This document shows, in pieces, positions 56,705 to 64,000 of a DNA stretch of 64,000 bases. Each line of letters starts with the position of its first letter. Position 1 is the stretch's first letter. The notes under the pieces were generated by a model. The model did no database searches, had not been told where the DNA came from, and worked only from the letters and a program-made list of their open reading frames with translations. Origin of the DNA: Tubiluchus corallicola (Eukaryota > Animalia > Priapulida); assembly GCA_030141605.1 (NCBI GenBank), contig JAQGDQ010000227.1, positions 62,001 through 126,000 of the forward strand, written 5' to 3'. The position numbers and the translations under genes were made by a program.

Positions 56705-56994
56705 TTTTGCAGTTTCAAAAACTTTACCATCACAGAAGATATTTCGCTTCATAAAGCCTTGTCAATTCAATGAATGTGTTACATCTATTGAAGACGCTGG
56801 ACATGCAGAATTCAATATAAAATCAATATGCCTTTTTAAGCCAGGAAAAAATCCAGCAGCACACAGTAGATGCTGCAGTGCTAGTTGTTTCGCAGCATCA
56901 CTTCCATAAAATTAGCAAACTGCAAGAAACACTAAATATATGATGACAAGCAGCTGAGTAGCATCGAAACTCAAGCATTTTAATGGTGGAATGG

Positions 56995-57590
56995 ACAAGA
57001 AAAATGGAAACCTTGGCAGAATAAATAAGCAAGACGGAAAGTTTGACAGAATAAATAAACAAGATGGAAAGCTCGACAAAACAAATAAGTAAGATGGAAA
57101 GCTTGACAAAACAAACAAGCAAGATGGAAAGCTTGACAAATCATATAAGCAAGATGGAAAGCTTGACAAAACAAATGAGCACGATGCAAAGCTTGACAGA
57201 ATAAATAAGCAAGATGCAAAGCTTGACAAAATAAATGAGCAAGATGGAAAGCTTTACAAAAAAACAATTAAGCAAGATGGAAAGCTTGACAAAACAAATA
57301 AGCAAGATGTAAAGCTTGACAAAACAAACAAGCAAGATGGAAAGCTTGACAAAACAAATAAGCAAGATGGAAAGCTTGACAAAACAAATAAGCAAGATGG
57401 AAAGCTTGACAAAACAAACAAGCAAGATGGAAAGCTTGACAAAACAAATAAACAAGATGGAAAGCTTGACAAATCATATAAGCAAGATGGAAAGCTTGAC
57501 AAAACAAATAAGCAAGATGGAAAGCTTGACAAAACAAATAAGCAAGATGGAAAACTTGACAAAACAAATAAGCAAGATTGAAAGCTTTAC
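56995..57590. repeat. 30-bp minisatellite, ~19 copies
   Basis: Unit agcaagatggaaagcttgacaaaacaaata. Confidence 0.96.
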
Positions 57591-57754
57591 AGGGAATAGC
57601 TACAAAAAATGCTACGAAAAAAGCTTCGGCTATGAAACTTAATAATTTTCGATGAAATTGAAACTGAACCGAAAGCGCAATTATCAGCAAACGTCCCTGC
57701 TTGTCAGTAACACAGTTGTTTGGGGGCATTTACGACTAATTATTAGCAAAGTTA

Positions 57755-57949
<195 letters not shown>

Positions 57950-58004
57950 TCATTGTTTTGTTCAGTACAACAAGGATGGTCACGACCATTAACAAACATG
58001 AAGC

Positions 58005-58890
58005 AGCTATTAAAAGCAAAACATGTCATGATAATCAGTGGCTGTTATAAGCAAAACATGTCATGATAATCAGTGGCTGTTAACAGCAAAACATGTCACG
58101 ATAATCAGTGGCTATTAAAAGCAAAACATGTCATGATAATCAGTGGCTGTTAACAGCAAAACATGTCACGATAATCAGTGGCTATTAAAAGCAAAACATG
58201 TCATGATAATCAGTGGCTATTAAAAGCAAAACATGTCATGATAATCAGTGGCTGTTAAAAGCAAAACATGTCATGATAATCAGTGGCTGTTATAAGCAAA
58301 ACATGTCATGATAATCAGTGGCTGTTAACAGCAAAATATGTCACGATAATCAGTGGCTATTAAAAGCAAAACATGTCATGATAATCAGTGGCTATTAAAA
58401 GCAAAACATGTCATGATAATCAGTGGCTGTTAAAAGCAGAACATGTCATGATAATCAGTGGCTGTTAAAAGCAAAACATGTCATGATAATCAGTGGCTGT
58501 TATAAGCAAAACATGCCATGATAATCAGTGGCTGTTAAAAGCAAAACATGTCATGATAATCAGTGGCTGTTAAAAGCAAAACATGTCACGATAATCAGTG
58601 GCTGTTAAAAGCAAAACATGTCATGATAATCAGTGGCTGTTAAAAGCAGAACATGTCATGATAATCAGTAGCTGTTAAAAGCAAAACATGTCATGATAAT
58701 CAATGGCTGTTATAAGCAAAACATGTCATGATAATCAGTGGCTATTAAAAGCAAAACATGTCACGATAATCAGTGGCTGTTAAAAGCAAAACATGTCATG
58801 ATAATCAGTGGCTGTTATAAGCAAAACATGTCACTATAATCAGTGGCTATTAAAAAGCTAAACATGTCAATGATACTCAGTGGCTATATA
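58005..58890. repeat. 35-bp minisatellite, ~25 copies
   Basis: Unit gcaaaacatgtcatgataatcagtggctgttaaaa. Confidence 0.97.
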
Positions 58891-59417
58891 TCGACATATA
58901 ATTACAATAACTTAAAAAGTCACTACAATTTCACAATTTGCACGTCATGTGTTGTGACATCAGCTCTTCGTATAGGGATTTTACATGTAGATCTACCATT
59001 GTGTTCTTTAACAAATTTTAAGTATTACCTTGTATGCATAACACTGTTTTTAATGCTGTAACCTTGAGTAGAAAATGTGCGTAAAGTGACATTTGGACTA
59101 AAATCACTAATGTATCGATTGTGGCATTTACCTCGTTCTTCATGTATACGTGTAAGTTGATTTAGTCAATAAACTACATACATATAGTAAGTGTTTCGTA
59201 AATATTGCTAATGTGCTGTGTGACTGTACAATGTAAATGCATTTTTTGTATGCATAGATCATAAATATATAAGAATCAGTACCTACAACACATTTAAAAC
59301 TTTGGCAAACGTATCGCTACTAGTTAGGCAAGCAGACTAAAAGAGATATTTCACAGACGGATTACAAGTCAAATACTAGAGGTCAGCAGAGTTGAAACAA
59401 AAAGATAGATATGATAC

Positions 59418-59538
59418 CTTGACGAGAGGCAAAGATATTTTTCCATTGGGCACCGAATCCATAAACTTTTTCAAATCTTGATTCAGGTATTCAAAAACCA
59501 AGTATAATTTCTTCTCACTGTGCACTACATCTAGTAAT
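59418..59538 (-). CDS. CDK2: CDK2-like exon 3 ([40 protein letters not shown])
   Basis: AG/GT borders; 121 bp; hinge region. Confidence 0.95.
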
Positions 59539-59798
59539 CTAAAAACGTATGTGAGAACATAATTAATAACCTTACAATCACACGAGCCAACTGATATAGA
59601 AATGGACAAGGACCTAATCATTATTTTGCCAGTTAAACTGTTCAGAATATGTATAGGTACATTGAAATGTTACAAAGCTCCATCAGCTTCAGCACTGCGC
59701 CTTGTATGTGGCCAAGTCTATTTCTACCTCCGCATTTCTTAAAACTTCCAAGGCTTGGCAAACGTACAGCGAAATTAGTTTATCTGCCAATAGTTTAA

Positions 59799-60451
59799 AA
59801 CACAAGAAAACCCTCCATTTACATAGAGCTTAAAAAATTTGTTTAAAAATTTTATATCAACTACATGCTGCCTTCTTGCACATACGGCTCCCGGCAGTTG
59901 TAACGCTGTACAAAAATGTAAATTTAAACTCCCGCGATGACCGTTAGACGAAGCCATTTTCACGGCAGTTCATTTGTAACAAGTTTAGATAACATTGTGT
60001 AAAGTTTGAAAAAATAATCAGAGCATTCGTAGCGCACAAGTCACTAACTAAATAAAATTTAAAATTACTGTATCTTGTCAATAAGATTAAAATACGTTTT
60101 TGGTTAGGGAGTGGCGCACCCTGGAGGATGAGTTTGCAACATTTTACCAACTGGTGAAAACATCTACATTAGACTTTCCAGCAGGAACGTGAAATGCTAA
60201 ATAATATAAATTTGGAGGGAAAGGTTTTGGGATATAATTGAACATTGCCTTTTCTTCCCCTGATTTACGTGCGCGTAGTGACGTCATGTAATGGCGCCAT
60301 CGGAACAGTATTGGGGGACATGTAAAATGAAAACAAACAAAAATTGCTTTTAACAAGAGTACGATATAAGCATTAAGTTCCTGTAAAATAGTATAACTTT
60401 TTAAGGCGATTTTTCTGAAACCTACTTCAGGTACCCCCCTTTTCTTGACGT
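59799..60451 (-). mobile_element. Family C copy (CDK2 intron 2)
   Basis: TTAA on both sides; reverse complement of 39961-40593. Confidence 0.78.
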
Positions 60452-60684
60452 TTAACTTTAAGCTCGAGATATTTCACCAAATTTCAAGAATGTATATAAT
60501 AGATTCATCTCATTTAGTTAAATCAGAATAAAATCTTCAGCACGAGTTGAAAAAAATAGTCCAGTCACTAGTGACCATTGAATAAAAACAAGTAGCCATG
60601 GCTTTTTAGTGAGATCCATACAGCCTAGTGTGGGTTATAACTCAATACTAGATTTACTACAATGTAATAAATGTCAACATTTTA

Positions 60685-60798
<114 letters not shown>

Positions 60799-61973
60799 TT
60801 AAAACATTCATTATTAAAATTTTCATAAATAAGCACACATATGGATACGGATCTACACTTGCTTTGCATTTAAATGTTATGTCTGCAGAGTCTAAGTAAG
60901 TTATGCTATTTAGAAATATCTGTTTTTGAAAAGGTTTCAGAGCTTAAATTGTTGTGTTTTGTTTCTCTCGGAAGGCTCGCAGAGAAAAACAGAAAACGCT
61001 TCATCAAATTAAACTAGGTTATTAAGCGAGAATTCTACAACACAAAAGTATAAAGGAAAGCGAGAAGATTACAGTAAACGTGAAAATCTGGAAGCGTTCG
61101 AGTGCATCTGAAAATACAAGTACACAAGAGAATGTGTAAGTGGCGTCCGTGTGAATCAGCGTGTGTCCGGCAGCGGCCTGCTTTGCCTTATATGGCGTGC
61201 CCGAGAAGCTTTTAGAAGTTTTGTTCCAGAACATTCTACACGGTAAGACGATTATTCTAACGGAACATTCTACATCGTTCTACATAATTCTAATAGATGC
61301 CAGCGATCTCCACAACAAAACTATAAAAACCAGTAAAATAGTAAAAAATGCATTATAACATCTTAAAAGTAGCTTAAATACCTGTGATAGTGTTGTAAGT
61401 GTTTGTTGCAAATTACAGTAACTGGCCCTATTGATGTCAAGAAATTTGAAGTATTTGTTCTCCAAATACTTTTATTTTGCATATTCCAGAAATAGTTTCC
61501 GCATGATTGTCAGCACAAGTTTCAAAAAATTCACTCAGCAATTGCAAAATGCAAGCTGCAGTGAAATCATGTGCACTACCAATTTTCAGTCAGCATCCAA
61601 AAAGTTTAGTGGTAGTAAAAATGACACCTCATTGCAAAGACTAGTATTTCCGCCCCCTTTCATCATACATGTACATCCATTTTCATAATATTTTCAAAGA
61701 TTTACAGTATTGGCAAAAATTGAGGCGATTGTATGCATGGCAATTACATTTTTTTCTAATCTAAATTGTTGTAAATGAATTTAGATAACCCAACTAGGAG
61801 TCAGCAAGTATTTTGTTGCTTAAATTTTCACGCAGATTGTGATACTGATTGAGCTACAACATTGCATGACTTATATGAAGAACAGTACACTTAGTGAATT
61901 TGGACTTATCTTACCAAATCCGGGTCAGGGTCCCCCAAATCCGGTGAATCTAAAGACCTGATCCGGGATGGTC

Positions 61974-62399
61974 TAGGGCTGAGAAGGTTAGGCTTATATC
62001 TAACCATTAAGCGTTATTAACTGCAGTCAGTTAACCGTTTAATCGTTCACGGTGACATCATACATAGAGAAAATATGGTTTAAATCTAGCATATGCCAGC
62101 GAAAGTGTCCAACATGGTGGCATCCATGTTACATACGCGAGTGAAAAAACTTTTTGCAATTTAACATTTAAATGCTTCTTAGGCAACCAGATTAATTGAA
62201 ACAATGTTGTAAATAATACAATTTTATGTAAGCGTGACTTTGCTAACTGCGTGTGCCAGGTCAGATAAGATACAAGGTTTCATTAATATGGATACATAGA
62301 AAACTTGACTAAGCAATGGTTAAACGGTTAGTGATTTTCTAAATGGCTACATCAATTAGCGGTCATTATACGCTTAAACGGTTGACCACCTCAGCCTTA
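61974..62399 (+). mobile_element. Short copy of the same hAT family (CDK2 intron 1)
   Basis: tagggctgagaaggtta...cacctcagcctta; internal similarity to ~53030-53333. Confidence 0.78.
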
Positions 62400-62524
62400 A
62401 TTTGGTCCCATCCCTAGCGACAAGTGATTCTGATTCATCTCCCGGAAAACTCTGATGTAAGTAAAACGCCTATATTTTAGGTGCCACTAACAAGAGCTAA
62501 TCCTTGCAAGTGTCTGAAACTTAC

Positions 62525-62640
62525 GTATCAAGTCGAATCTTTTTCAATGCAACCATCTGACCAGTCGTTTTGTCTTTCGCTTTATAAACAACACCATACG
62601 TCCCTTCTCCAATTTTCTCAATCTTCTGGAAGTTGTCCAT
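62525..62640 (-). CDS. CDK2: CDK2-like exon 1 ([39 protein letters not shown])
   Basis: ATG at 62640; GEGTYG loop (T14/Y15), VALKK; donor gtaagt; 116 bp. Confidence 0.95.
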
Positions 62641-64000
62641 GCCCACTTCGAACATGAAGGTGTCGATGAGTTACCAAAGCCTCTAATTTATTCCATACGA
62701 TGGCATAAAAAACTACATTTTGATGGAGAGCAACTTGCGATTCTAAGTATTAAATATGAGATCCAATATTCGCTGTTTGACAGAATGAGCTAAAAAATTT
62801 AGAAACAAATTATTTACCGTTTTTACTAAAATGCTTGAGTAAATGATCAAGTAAAAACAGCAATTTTCCGATAAATTTTCCTAAGCATTGTAAGCCGTTT
62901 ATTACAGTCATGGTTAACATATTCAATCGCTTAACTGACTCAAAGATGCCTGGTACGGGGCGCTCCTATTCAAATACACATAAAAACCATCGGTAATTGA
63001 CTCAAATAACTTAATTGACTCAATATTTTTCCTTCACTAACTTAAAATAAGACATTTGTATGTAGCCAAATAGTCTTTCCTACTTTTATGTCATCTTTAC
63101 TTCGCTTTTGTGCACTATAATATATGTAGAAAAATCATGTTCAGTACCATTTTGTTTGTAAGCAGGTACGTTTATCATGCACTAATATGTTAACATAGCA
63201 GTTTTGCTTTGAATCTGTTACTCGCTTGTCCAATGCAATTTCATCGCGAGAAAATGAAACAGCCAACTTTGAAGGAAGTTTTGTAGATAAACAGACTTGT
63301 GTGATTTAGAAAAGTATATATTTTAATTTATTGTTAATTCACTTATATAAATTACTATTTTAAACCATTGTTAACTGCAGAAAGGAATTTAGGCATTACT
63401 TCTAAAATTCATGAAGTCTCTACAGTGAATCCTAAACTGATGACTCATACTTCTATACCAGTAATACTACACTCGTCGGTTAATTGGAAAAACACATTTC
63501 GTTCCCAAAGTGAGTCTATTAAGCGGTGCCTACTGCATTCGGTTTGTTAAATATAATTTCCACCGAATGGGACAAATGTTAAAAAAGTGACATTGGTATA
63601 CCAAACCTCTAGAGATTACTTGTGAAATACCTGTGGTATATATAGTATAATCAATGAAAATACTTCGAAGTGCATAAGATTACGTATAATTACTGATTAT
63701 ACAACCAAAGTTTACCGGACCTGATTTTTATACTGTCTTTGGGGGGAAATACAGTGGTGTGAATATTCGATTTATCCCTATGTTACAGACGAATTCAACC
63801 GGGAACCCGAGATTGGACAGTAGCGCTTACCTATATCATATGTGGCATGTAATCATTGAGGGGACTACAGGCACAATTGAAGCCACAGTGTTTCAACAGT
63901 TTCGAGTTAGGAGCAACAAATTTTTCATTAACGATTTTCAATAATCCAACAACCACAAACTTACTGCCTGGTTTCTTGCTAGGCTTCAATTTTTTAAGGT

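Noticed and set aside
56898-57729. Repeat-protein-like ORFs (MESLTKQISK)n and similar
   Set aside because: A 30-bp unit keeps several frames open; lies within CDK2 intron 4 with no gene structure.

Overview
AT-rich, repeat-dense animal (invertebrate-like) genomic DNA with two convergent spliced genes. + strand: the 3' part of a PDE7-like cAMP phosphodiesterase (9 coding exons traced by hand, 8400-42616; N-terminal exons not found in the window), ending in a long Ser/Arg-rich terminal exon. - strand: a complete 7-coding-exon CDK2-like kinase (62640->50767, 301 aa), probably with a 3'UTR intron. The remainder is intron/intergenic DNA filled with non-autonomous DNA transposons (three TTAA-flanked Kolobok-like families, hAT, pogo/Tc1, Harbinger-like), LINE fragments (RTE, CR1/L2) and micro/minisatellites. 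Most supplied ORFs are spurious. I see no evidence of a wholly new multi-gene system. The best leads are the PDE7 phospho-motif tail, clustered CRE palindromes and several unusual transposon structures. All coordinates were read by eye and no database searches were run.
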